Positions 9,953 through 18,805 are shown, counted from the first letter of the stretch. The stretch is DNA of 41,882 bases from an uncultured Clostridia bacterium (GCA_934177555.1 CAKPPL010000001.1:1-41882); one strand, 5' to 3'. A program made the numbers and translations. The notes: a model not told the origin generated them from the sequence alone.

Positions 9953-12490
9953 ATGAAAAGTAATAAAGAAAAAGGTGTTACTTTAATTGCTTTAGCTATA
10001 ACTGTTATAGTAATTCTTATATTAGCAGGAATATCAATAGGTACTCTAAAAAATGATGGAACACTTGATAAAACTCAATCGAGTTCAAAAATTGAAACAG
10101 CTGCTGAAGAAGAAAATGTAATCAGACTAGCATATACTCAAATGGAAATGAATGAAGGAATAGCAAATAGTAACTTAACATTGGATTCTTTTAAAACATA
10201 TATGAGCAAACACACCAAAGAATATTATATTGATGAAAATGTAACAGAAGAAGAAAAAACAAAAGCAATAGCAACTACAGAAAATGCAACAAAATTTGTA
10301 AAAGTTATATTTGAAAATACAGGTAATTCATATATAATTGGATTATCAGAAGAAACAGAAAAGCCAACATATGATTATTATGTAATAACATATGATGCAA
10401 ATAGTGGAAAAAATGCTCCAAATGAACAATATAATAGGGTAGGTTATCCTACAATAATTGCTTCTGATGAACCAAATAAAGATAATTATAATTTTGAAGG
10501 TTGGGCAACATCTTCTTCATCAAAAGAAGTATCATATACACCAGGTTCTACATATAATGGTGGAATAGATATAACATTATATGCAGTTTGGAAAGATGCA
10601 ACACCACCAATTATAGATCTTGTTACAGCTACATCATCTAGTATAACGATACAAGCCCATGATAATGAAACAGGAATATCAGGATATGCAATATCAACCA
10701 CAAATGAAACACCAATAAAATTTATAAGTGTAACTAATCAAACATCTATTACACAAGTAATTTCTCCATTAACTCAATCAACTACATATTATTTATGGGT
10801 AAAAAATGGAGATGGCTTAATAAGTGAAGTGAAATCTATAAAAACAGAAACAATCCCTGATGTTTCATTAAGTGCTGATAAAACAACATGGACAAATGGA
10901 AATGTAGTCGTAACAGCTAAATCTAATGGTTCAACTACAGGATATACAATACAATCTTGTACAGATAATAAAAGTTGGAAAAATGCAAATTCTATAACAT
11001 TTATTCAAAATGGTACAATGTATGCTAGATTAATTGATAGTTCTGGACAAGTTGGAAAAACTGCATCATATAATGTAACAATAATTGATAAAACTGCACC
11101 AAAATCTGCTACACCAAAATTAAGTGCAACTACAAATAGTATTAAAACAGAAATAAGTACAGATGACTCAGCAGCAACTTCTCAATATGGAAAAAGTGGA
11201 ATATCTGGATATAGATTTAGTAGTAATAATGGTAGCTCTTATAGTGCTTGGCAATCTAAAGGCTCATATACATTTACAAGTTTAGCTCAAAAAACAAAAT
11301 ATAATATAGCAATTCAAATAAAAGATATAGCTGGTAATATAACAACTGTAACTAGTTCAACTACGACAGGCGCTGTACCTGGTGTAAGCTTATCTGCAAG
11401 CACAGGATCTTGGACAAATCAAAATTTAACTGTAAAAGCAACTGCAAATAGCAGTGGGTATACATTACAAACAAGTACAGATGGTAAAACTTGGGGAACA
11501 ACAAATCCTATAACATTTTCTCAAAATGGTAAAATGTATGCTAGATTAAAAGATAGTACTGGTCAAACCGGAAATCAAGCTTCTTATTCAGTAACAAATA
11601 TTGATAAATCTGCACCAAATAGCTTTACACCTTCAGCTGGTCTAATAACTGATGATGCTAGAATGGTTTTATCTGGTAGTACAACAGATAAAAGTGCAAC
11701 TACTCAATATGGATGTAGTGGAATATCTGGATATAGATTTAGTACTAATAATGGTAGTTCTTACACTGGATGGCAATCTAGTGGAAGATATAAGTTGTCT
11801 GATCTTCCATCAGCTACAACTTATAATATAAAAATGCAAGTAAAAGATAATGCTGGTAATATAACAACATCAAATGTTAAAACTATAACATTTATTTTAA
11901 GTAGTAATGGCTATACAAATACAAGTTTAACTAGTTCATATAATATTATGGAAGCTGTATATCCTTGTGGACGTGACTGGTTAGGAAATGGTTCTGGTGT
12001 TATGGTTCGTGACAATTATGGTAATAGAGTAAGTCTTGAAAATACTGCTACTTATTCAAGTTTTGCAAATTCAAGTAAAAGAAATAGAGCTGTTGGACTT
12101 ATATTTAATAATCAAATAAATGTAACTGATTACAAATATATGCATTTCTTGATTTGGTCTGATTTCTATATTAATAATAGCAAATATGCAAATAATGTAT
12201 ATGCTATTTCTGGAATGCAAGTAGGTATTTATAATGGGCTAAATTCAGATAAAAACTATTATGGGTATGGAGTAGTCCAAAGAGGACAATGCTTAGCATC
12301 TCAAGAATATGGAATTTATAGAAGTTCAGAAGGTTCTTCTCCAGAAGAAAAAGTTGGTACAAACATTCATACTTTAAATATACAAAATATATCTGGTAGC
12401 TACTGGGTTGGTACACATATTTATACTAATTTAAATGCATATGATGGATATAGCAGAGCCGGAGTTTATGCAGTATGGATGGAAAAATAA
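9953..12490 (+). CDS. Modular prepilin-like surface protein with a third, unassigned C-terminal tip domain
   Basis: N-terminus EKGVTLIALAITVIVILILAGISIG. Residues ~30-165 are almost identical to 7520..9796, followed by the same Ig/FN3-like modules. The last ~200 aa (..YPCGRDWLGNGSGVMV...YWVGTHIYTN...GVYAVWMEK) resemble neither paralog tip. Confidence 0.75.
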   Translation: MKSNKEKGVTLIALAITVIVILILAGISIGTLKNDGTLDKTQSSSKIETAAEEENVIRLAYTQMEMNEGIANSNLTLDSFKTYMSKHTKEYYIDENVTEEEKTKAIATTENATKFVKVIFENTGNSYIIGLSEETEKPTYDYYVITYDANSGKNAPNEQYNRVGYPTIIASDEPNKDNYNFEGWATSSSSKEVSYTPGSTYNGGIDITLYAVWKDATPPIIDLVTATSSSITIQAHDNETGISGYAISTTNETPIKFISVTNQTSITQVISPLTQSTTYYLWVKNGDGLISEVKSIKTETIPDVSLSADKTTWTNGNVVVTAKSNGSTTGYTIQSCTDNKSWKNANSITFIQNGTMYARLIDSSGQVGKTASYNVTIIDKTAPKSATPKLSATTNSIKTEISTDDSAATSQYGKSGISGYRFSSNNGSSYSAWQSKGSYTFTSLAQKTKYNIAIQIKDIAGNITTVTSSTTTGAVPGVSLSASTGSWTNQNLTVKATANSSGYTLQTSTDGKTWGTTNPITFSQNGKMYARLKDSTGQTGNQASYSVTNIDKSAPNSFTPSAGLITDDARMVLSGSTTDKSATTQYGCSGISGYRFSTNNGSSYTGWQSSGRYKLSDLPSATTYNIKMQVKDNAGNITTSNVKTITFILSSNGYTNTSLTSSYNIMEAVYPCGRDWLGNGSGVMVRDNYGNRVSLENTATYSSFANSSKRNRAVGLIFNNQINVTDYKYMHFLIWSDFYINNSKYANNVYAISGMQVGIYNGLNSDKNYYGYGVVQRGQCLASQEYGIYRSSEGSSPEEKVGTNIHTLNIQNISGSYWVGTHIYTNLNAYDGYSRAGVYAVWMEK
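10046..10452. repeat. Right arm of the ~407-bp inverted repeat (partner 9297..9703)
   Basis: See the left arm. Identity drops sharply inside 10046 (synonymous differences only) and outside 10452. Confidence 0.9.
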
Positions 12491-12496
12491 CAAAAC

Positions 12497-12529
12497 AAAA
12501 AAAGTGCTTCAATGAAGTACTTTTTTTTT
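12497..12529. terminator. Bidirectional rho-independent terminator between convergent genes
   Basis: aaagtgcttc-aat-gaagtacttt stem-loop followed by T9 and preceded by an A-run. Confidence 0.7.
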
Positions 12530-12536
12530 ATTTATA

Positions 12537-13238
12537 TTATATAGCTTCTTGATTTTCATTTTCTTCTTTTTTCTCAGAATCTTCTTCATTTAGTAATTCT
12601 AAACTACATACTGAAACTTCATAAGCTACTTTAATTTCTGATGTTCCATCTTCATATTTTTTCTCATATTGTCTTGATTGAACTCTACCTATTATTTTTA
12701 CTTGTGCCCCAACTTCTAAGTTTTGGCAGAATCTAGCATTTCTTCCCCATGCTATTGTTGGAATATAGTCTGATTTATTATATGCTCTATTTACTGCTAA
12801 TAATAAATCTGATATTTCTCTTCCAAATGGTGTTTGTCTATAAATAGGTTTTTTACATACAAAACCTATAAGTACAACTTCGTTTGTTGTTTCTTCCTTT
12901 TTTACCATTTCATTTTCTTCTTCATTTTCTGGTTCATTTACTTCTAATATGTCTTTTGCAAACACTGTTAATATTAATCTGTTTTTTTCATTTTCATAAC
13001 TATTGTATGATCTGAATTGACCTTTAATTAATAATTTTTTACCTTCTGTTAACATATCATCAGTGATTAATCTTTCTGATATTGTTATTGGTATAATGTC
13101 TGCGTTTCCACTTAAACGTGGTATTGCTAAATCAAATGTGTAAAATTTTTCTCCATAAATTTCGTGGCTAAATCTTTTTTCGCCTGTAACCTTTCCTACT
13201 AATGTTAAGTAGTTGTTTTCTAAATAATTTGTATCCAA
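12537..13238 (-). CDS. Tandem OB-fold single-stranded DNA-binding-like protein with an acidic tail
   Basis: Two SSB-like OB halves (NYLTLVGKVTGE...LLIKGQFRSY and NEVVLIGFVCKKP...VKIIGRVQSRQYE) separated by an acidic linker. Acidic C-terminus EEDSEKKEENENQEAI. Confidence 0.6.
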   Translation of the reverse strand: MDTNYLENNYLTLVGKVTGEKRFSHEIYGEKFYTFDLAIPRLSGNADIIPITISERLITDDMLTEGKKLLIKGQFRSYNSYENEKNRLILTVFAKDILEVNEPENEEENEMVKKEETTNEVVLIGFVCKKPIYRQTPFGREISDLLLAVNRAYNKSDYIPTIAWGRNARFCQNLEVGAQVKIIGRVQSRQYEKKYEDGTSEIKVAYEVSVCSLELLNEEDSEKKEENENQEAI

Positions 13239-13399
13239 TTTAATTTCCTCCCTATCTTTTTATTTATTTATCAATCGTAAATTATCTTCTTGTTTTTCTC
13301 TTTTTAAATTTTCTACATTTTTTATTATACAACATTTTTTTGGTTTTGTCTACATAAAAAGTTAATTTTTTCTAATTTTTTGCTCATTTTTTGGCATTT

Positions 13400-13891
13400 T
13401 TATAAATTATGGAGTTCTTTTATTATGAAAACTGTTAAATTATTATAGATTTTCTTACTCTTTTGTGCCGATATTTTTAATTCTTTTTCCTGTATTTCTA
13501 ATATACTTTTATCAGATTTTTGTATTTCTCTTTGCAAAAAAATTATAATTTTATCATGTTTTACACTTGATATTGTTATTGTAGCTTTTGCATTAAAGCC
13601 AAATGTTATCAATTTTATTGGCTTTTTTATTTTAATTTTTCTAAAAGTATCTATTGGTATATCCATATTTATTATTAAATAATTCACTTTTGATAATATA
13701 TCTTCCATGTATTTATATGTTTCATCTTTAATATTTATGTTTTCTAAAAAAATAATTTCATCAAATTTTATATTTTTTAAATTTTTTATGCTGTTTTCTG
13801 TAATTTCTATTAATTTAATATCACAATTATTTATATCTTTTCTAATTATTTGAATATCTTTACTTTTGGCAACTATTCCAATTATCGGCAT
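13400..13891 (-). CDS. Hypothetical protein
   Basis: The ORF extends to 13930, but the ATG at 13891 has a strong AAGGAG RBS 5-6 nt upstream. No motif recognised. Confidence 0.5.
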   Translation of the reverse strand: MPIIGIVAKSKDIQIIRKDINNCDIKLIEITENSIKNLKNIKFDEIIFLENINIKDETYKYMEDILSKVNYLIINMDIPIDTFRKIKIKKPIKLITFGFNAKATITISSVKHDKIIIFLQREIQKSDKSILEIQEKELKISAQKSKKIYNNLTVFIIKELHNL

Positions 13892-13957
13892 AACATTCTC
13901 CTTAATATATTCTTTTGTAAGTATTTCCATTATAATATTTTTTATGCCTTATTATGT

Positions 13958-14722
13958 TTATTGATTTCTTATCTGTGTTCCATTATTATTTATCGAATAA
14001 TTGTCTTTATATATTAAATCAGAAACTTTTACTATTTCATATCCTTTAGATTTTATATTTTTTAACAGCATATCTAAACTATCAGCTGTATTTTTAGTTC
14101 CATTATGACTTAAAATAATAGATCCATTTTCTAATTTATTTTTTATCCTATTCCACATTTCATTCCCAGTTAGCCCATTATAATCTAATGTATCTAGATT
14201 CCAGTGTATTGGATAATAACCTGCTTCTTGAATTGATTTTATTACTATATTGTTGTATTCTCCATATGGTGTTCTATATAATTCTACTTTTTTGCCTGTT
14301 ATCTTTTCTATTTTACTTACACTCTGGTAAATTTCTTCTTTGTTTTTTTCCAAACTTAAATTATCTACATGTGGATGTGTATTACTATGGCTTCCTATCT
14401 CATGACCTGCATCACTTATTTTCTTTACTGCTTCAGGATATTTGTCTACCCATGTTCCTACCATAAAAAATGTTATTTGTACATTATTTTCTTTTAATAC
14501 TTCTAAAATTTTATCTATATCATCTGCATTCCATGCACAGTTCATTGTAAATGCAATCTTTTTCTCTTCAGTTTTTACATTATATATAGGTAATAATCTT
14601 TCTGTAGTTGAAACTTGAATTGATTTATTTGGACCCACCAAAGCTAATGCTACCAATACTGAAACTGTTAATATTGAAACAATATATGTTTGTATCTTTT
14701 CTTTATTAAATATTAAAAACAT
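13958..14722 (-). CDS. Polysaccharide deacetylase (NodB homology domain), PdaB/sporulation-type, membrane-anchored
   Basis: N-terminal TM helix. NodB motifs FTMNCAWNADD, ITFFMVGTW, GHEIGSHSNTHPH, YRTPYGEYN and ILSHNG. Confidence 0.8.
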   Translation of the reverse strand: MFLIFNKEKIQTYIVSILTVSVLVALALVGPNKSIQVSTTERLLPIYNVKTEEKKIAFTMNCAWNADDIDKILEVLKENNVQITFFMVGTWVDKYPEAVKKISDAGHEIGSHSNTHPHVDNLSLEKNKEEIYQSVSKIEKITGKKVELYRTPYGEYNNIVIKSIQEAGYYPIHWNLDTLDYNGLTGNEMWNRIKNKLENGSIILSHNGTKNTADSLDMLLKNIKSKGYEIVKVSDLIYKDNYSINNNGTQIRNQ

Positions 14723-14802
14723 TCTTACCTCCTAATAAATTAATATTATTAATTTTTATTTTTAGAATATTTAATTTAAAAAAATAGGGGTAATTCCCCT
14801 AT

Positions 14803-15141
14803 TTATCTCCCTTGTAAGATTTCATCATTCAATAAAATTTTTCTAGTTTTTTTACTTGTCCTTGGATTCTTTAATACAGCCCACCTAACTATCCAGTCTT
14901 TATCTTTAGATAAAATATCTAATAGTTCCGGAAATGCATTTATTGCTCCTGCTACCTTATACCTGATTAAAGTATCTTCATGATGTGATAATTTTTCTAA
15001 AGTTTCACCTGTAGTATATGGATTTCTAGCAACTGCCAATTGTATAGACCAATCATTTACACTAGCCCATTTCGCTAAAGTTTGTGGATTTTTCGTATTA
15101 TCAATTTGATTTATAATCCTTGATTTTTTCCGTTGTAACAT
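14803..15141 (-). CDS. Small HEAT/LRV (leucine-rich repeat variant)-type repeat protein
   Basis: Repeated WSIQLAVARNP.T / IRYKVAGAINA / WIVRWAVLKNPRT units. A hairpin terminator at 14782-14804 overlaps the stop. Confidence 0.5.
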   Translation of the reverse strand: MLQRKKSRIINQIDNTKNPQTLAKWASVNDWSIQLAVARNPYTTGETLEKLSHHEDTLIRYKVAGAINAFPELLDILSKDKDWIVRWAVLKNPRTSKKTRKILLNDEILQGR

Positions 15142-15327
15142 ATTTTTCTCCTTTTATAATTCTTACAATGATTATAACGGTGTTATTCTGCAACGTTATA
15201 ATTTAAAATTTATAGTATCTATATATTATATGCTATGTTTATTAACAATATGCTACTCTATTTAGCTAGACTATAATTGTTAATTTTACTGGTATACTCA
15301 ATTATATTATTTTTAAGAGGTGATTTT

Positions 15328-15564
15328 ATGTATTTATCAGATGCTGTACGTGATAGAATTAAATATTATCAAAAAAAGAAAAATATGAGTCTTTGGGCAT
15401 TATTTAAAGCTTCTGGTGTTCCTATATCAACACTTGCTGCTTTTATGAATAAAAGAACAGAATTAATTAAATTAGACACTCTGCTTCATATTTGTGAAGG
15501 TTTTGGAATTACATTAACTGAATTTTTTGAAGAAGATGTATTCAAATATGTAGAACAAGATTAA
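15328..15564 (+). CDS. XRE-family helix-turn-helix transcriptional regulator
   Basis: The ATG at 15328 follows RBS AAGAGGTGA. HTH core MSLWALFKASGVPISTLAAFMNKRTELIKLDTLLHICEGFGITLTEFF. Confidence 0.75.
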   Translation: MYLSDAVRDRIKYYQKKKNMSLWALFKASGVPISTLAAFMNKRTELIKLDTLLHICEGFGITLTEFFEEDVFKYVEQD

Positions 15565-15570
15565 TTGTAA

Positions 15571-15603
15571 AAATAGCTATAATTTTATTATAGTTATTTT
15601 TTA
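15571..15603 (+). terminator. Rho-independent terminator after the HTH gene
   Basis: aaatagctataat-ttt-attatagttattt stem (one G-U pair) followed by a T-run. Confidence 0.6.
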
Positions 15604-15611
15604 TTCAAACA

Positions 15612-15640
15612 TTGAATATTATGTAAAGTTGTGCTATAAT
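15612..15640 (+). promoter_or_regulatory. Sigma-A promoter for 15718..16407
   Basis: TTGAAT, 17 nt, TATAAT with a TG-extended -10 (gtgcTATAAT). Confidence 0.55.
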
Positions 15641-15717
15641 ATCTACATTGGCATATTCCAAAACATTTGGAAACCCAAATATAGCCTGTTAAAATATCAT
15701 TTGAAAGGAGAACAACT

Positions 15718-16407
15718 ATGTTTAATCTTCAGGCATCTTTAAAATTTAAAAAGGAGGACGCAGAAAAAAAAGTAATTTCAACTTTTTTTAAGGCAAATGT
15801 TGATCGGAAGAAAATTAGTCTAAAAGAAGACATCCTTAGCTTAGACTTATCTTTTTCTGAAAATCCACCAGAAGATCTTATATCTGTATTGATCGATTGT
15901 GAACTTATCAGCATGTGTTGTAATCAGCTGGATGAAAATTCCGAAAGTTCAGCAACCTCTTCTACAACAATAACAGAAACCAAAAGACCTGTTGAAGAAA
16001 AGAAAAAAAGAGGTAGACGTCCAAAAAAAGTTGAAAACAAGGAAGTCAAACTGAAATGTATTACCAATAATCAGAGTTTTGATAAGTTCTTAAATAGTCT
16101 TGATTCTTCATTATCTATAGAAGATAAAATCAAGATGATTTTGGAACAAATCGGTCTGAAATCTTTAAAAGAAGATTTACAGAACTATATCATTGAAATT
16201 AGTAATATAGCTGTTAAAAAAGGTCTTTCGATTGAAGATACTTTAAAAGAGTCTTCTATTCCAGAAGGCCTGCAGACTACTGTTAGAATACATTACTCTA
16301 ACTTGGTCAATATCTTTGCAAGTAAATATGACAGCAGTGCCAAAATTGATTTAACAACTTTTCTTTCTGATTTACGCGAAGTTATTATGGCTTCTTGTAA
16401 ACTCTAA
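15718..16407 (+). CDS. Hypothetical protein with a Ser/Thr-rich linker and a basic AT-hook-like patch; compositionally foreign
   Basis: RBS GAAAGGAG. Contains KKKRGRRPKK after SESSATSSTTITE. Visibly higher G+C and different codon choices (CTG, GCC, GGC, CGT, CGC) than the neighbouring genes. Confidence 0.6.
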   Translation: MFNLQASLKFKKEDAEKKVISTFFKANVDRKKISLKEDILSLDLSFSENPPEDLISVLIDCELISMCCNQLDENSESSATSSTTITETKRPVEEKKKRGRRPKKVENKEVKLKCITNNQSFDKFLNSLDSSLSIEDKIKMILEQIGLKSLKEDLQNYIIEISNIAVKKGLSIEDTLKESSIPEGLQTTVRIHYSNLVNIFASKYDSSAKIDLTTFLSDLREVIMASCKL

Positions 16408-16418
16408 TATTTGGGAAC

Positions 16419-16444
16419 AAGATGGGTATTTTACCCATCTTTTA
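16419..16444 (+). terminator. Rho-independent terminator
   Basis: aagatgggta-ttt-tacccatctt stem followed by TTTAT. Confidence 0.65.
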
Positions 16445-16446
16445 TA

Positions 16447-16475
16447 TTGAATTTTAAGCTGTTTTATGTTATAAT
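16447..16475 (+). promoter_or_regulatory. Sigma-A promoter for 16507..17850
   Basis: TTGAAT, 17 nt, TATAAT. Same -35 hexamer and spacing as the promoter at 15612. Confidence 0.55.
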
Positions 16476-16506
16476 GGCTTTATTATATAAAAAGGACTAA
16501 TATATT

Positions 16507-17850
16507 ATGATTGAAGAAAATGAAATTAAACAAATAAAAAACTTATTAAAAAATGGTATCAGTATTGACTTAATATCTTTTGAATTAAAAATTCCTATTG
16601 ATGAACTAACAGCTTTACTAGAGGAACCAAAATATACTAATAAAAAAACTAATAAGTATCAAAATATAATTTCTAAATCTGATAATAATACTTTAAAAAA
16701 ATTAGAACTAATCAGAAAAAAATACAATCAATTATGTTCAGAAAATACTACTAGTGCTATTCATATTGACGAATTATCTAATTCTCAATTAGAAATCGTT
16801 GAACATAATCTTAAAGAAATAGAAAAAATACTTAATGAATTATCTTTATCATCTGATACTTTTCAAATATATAAATCACTAAACCAAATTATTAAAAATA
16901 CAAATAAGATAATCTCTTTTCCTTTATCTATAGAGTATCTTGAAAAACTTCTTAATTCATTAAAATATGATAATTTAAAAGTTTTTTATTCAAGAGGAAC
17001 TATTAAACCATTAGAAAAATTAGCTTGTATTAGAATTTCTATTTCAAGGCAGCTTTCTAATCTTGTTATTTTAAAATTAAAACAAACTAATAATTTAGAA
17101 GAATTACATTCACTTTATAAATGTGTTTCTTCACAAATGACTTCTGAAAATTCATTTATTTTGTCACAAGTAAGAGATACTTTATCTAATAAAATTTTTA
17201 AATTAGAAAGCCAAAAAATTCTAGAAAAAAACAAGTTTGAAATATCTCCTAATATTGCTTCTATATTACAAGATATTTCAAAAGGAACTTTAGATATAGA
17301 AATTGCAAATCAATTAATTAATACTGAAGTTGAAGAAAGAATGTCTAAAAAAACTAAAAATAAATTTACACTAACAGAAGAACAAGAAAAAAATCAAATA
17401 TTAATTCAAATTAGAAATATCTTAAAAGAAAGAGCAAATGACTTTCCTATAAAATTTCCTAAAAATTCTGTTACACAATTAATAAATTTATTTGATGGTA
17501 ATGTTGACTTGAGTATAAAAACAGTCATTACTAATTTGATTAATAGAGAACATTTTGTAAAGGCAAAAGAACTACTTGATTATTTTTCTAATATAGACCC
17601 AAAATTCTTAAATCCAAATACTTTAAAAGATTTAAGAACAGATATTATGTATGCAAATTTTAGTGATTTAGTTCTCCAAACTTTAAATATGAATAATCCT
17701 GAAGAAGAAATATTATATTTTAATATGATAGAAAAAAGATTAGCTTCAGGCCAAATTAAACCAGGAAAAGTATACCTTGGCAAGAATAAAAATGGAGATA
17801 AAAAAATTTATCTTTCTAATATTTGGGATTCTACTCAAATTGAAAAATAA
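16507..17850 (+). CDS. Hypothetical 447-aa helical protein
   Basis: Long ORF with RBS AAAAGGA. Lys/Asn/Leu-rich and predicted helical. No catalytic motif recognised. Confidence 0.55.
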   Translation: MIEENEIKQIKNLLKNGISIDLISFELKIPIDELTALLEEPKYTNKKTNKYQNIISKSDNNTLKKLELIRKKYNQLCSENTTSAIHIDELSNSQLEIVEHNLKEIEKILNELSLSSDTFQIYKSLNQIIKNTNKIISFPLSIEYLEKLLNSLKYDNLKVFYSRGTIKPLEKLACIRISISRQLSNLVILKLKQTNNLEELHSLYKCVSSQMTSENSFILSQVRDTLSNKIFKLESQKILEKNKFEISPNIASILQDISKGTLDIEIANQLINTEVEERMSKKTKNKFTLTEEQEKNQILIQIRNILKERANDFPIKFPKNSVTQLINLFDGNVDLSIKTVITNLINREHFVKAKELLDYFSNIDPKFLNPNTLKDLRTDIMYANFSDLVLQTLNMNNPEEEILYFNMIEKRLASGQIKPGKVYLGKNKNGDKKIYLSNIWDSTQIEK

Positions 17851-17876
17851 TAGTTAAAGATATTTTGTAAAATGTA

Positions 17877-17906
17877 TTGACAATTTTATATATTTGGTAG
17901 TATAAT
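17877..17906 (+). promoter_or_regulatory. Consensus sigma-A promoter for tRNA-fMet
   Basis: TTGACA, 18 nt, TATAAT. The -10 hexamer ends 17 nt upstream of the tRNA 5' end. Confidence 0.7.
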
Positions 17907-17923
17907 ATTAAAAGTTCATACAT

Positions 17924-17999
17924 CGCGGGGTGGAGCAGTTGGCAGCTCGTTGGGCTCATAACCCAAAGGTCGGTAGTTCGAGTCTACCCTCCGCAACCA
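17924..17999 (+). tRNA. Initiator tRNA-fMet (anticodon CAU), CCA-encoded
   Basis: 5' CGCGGGG ... CUCCGCAACCA 3'. C1:A72 mismatch, three G:C pairs closing the anticodon stem (GGGCUCAUAACCC), and T-arm GGTAGTTCGAGTCTACC. All are hallmarks of bacterial initiator tRNA. Confidence 0.95.
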
Positions 18000-18002
18000 A
18001 AT

Positions 18003-18039
18003 AAAAACTCAGTAATCATAATAGTTACTGAGTTTTTTT
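18003..18039. terminator. Bidirectional rho-independent terminator (tRNA / sortase gene)
   Basis: aaaaactcagtaa - 9-nt loop - ttactgagttttttt. Confidence 0.8.
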
Positions 18040-18053
18040 CTTATATAATTAAT

Positions 18054-18794
18054 TTATTTATTTGCTACAGCTTTAGCAATAAATCTCTTAGTAGCATGTG
18101 GATTACCATTTTCATAATAACATGTTATTAAAGTAATTTCTTTTCTCCCATTAGTTAATTGACTAGTACAAGAATTATCATATGGGTCAATAATATCAGT
18201 TTCATAGACAAAATAATCTAAAGTCTCTCCATTCACATCAGATATTTTTACAACATCTCCTATATTTATTTTAGGTAGATTACTAAAGAATTTATTATTT
18301 TTGTAATTGTGTCCTATTACAACCATATTTCCAACTTCATTAGGATATGAACCCCAATATCTATTTAAAGAGATTTTTAATAAAGCCGTAGAACTTGTTG
18401 ATAATATAGGATATTCTATATTTAAACTAGGAATATTTAATTTTCCAATAATATTATATGTTTCTCCATTACTCGCAGTATATGAAATCTCTTTTGTACT
18501 TTTCTCTTCTTGTTCACTAATCTGTTGCTGTTCAGGCTCATTTTCTATTTCTTCTGTTTCTTCGTGATTATTTTCTTCTTGATTTTCAGCTAATTCAACA
18601 ACAGGTATATTATCACTAATATTTTCTTGTTCTTTTGCAACTTCTGTTACATCATTAGCATATGTTTTAAAAGAAAATGCTATATAAATACTAATGATAA
18701 TTAATGGGAAAAATATTACAATAATTGGTACTGAAATTTTCTTTTTTCTGGTCTTTGATTCATTATTATCATCAATTTGTATTATTTGATTCAT
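18054..18794 (-). CDS. Sortase-family transpeptidase, membrane-anchored with an acidic linker
   Basis: N-terminal TM helix and a Glu-rich linker. Catalytic-domain motifs VVIGHNYKN (His) and ITLITCYYE (TLxTC Cys). Class not assigned. Confidence 0.8.
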   Translation of the reverse strand: MNQIIQIDDNNESKTRKKKISVPIIVIFFPLIIISIYIAFSFKTYANDVTEVAKEQENISDNIPVVELAENQEENNHEETEEIENEPEQQQISEQEEKSTKEISYTASNGETYNIIGKLNIPSLNIEYPILSTSSTALLKISLNRYWGSYPNEVGNMVVIGHNYKNNKFFSNLPKINIGDVVKISDVNGETLDYFVYETDIIDPYDNSCTSQLTNGRKEITLITCYYENGNPHATKRFIAKAVANK

Positions 18795-18805
18795 AAACTC
18801 TCCTT

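Noticed and set aside
15729-15914. 61-aa minus-strand ORF inside 15718..16407, and similar short antisense ORFs (10486-10701, 12204-12416, 17580-17783, 25397-25582)
   Set aside because: They are fully nested antisense to longer ORFs that have promoters, RBSs and terminators. They show no independent signals.
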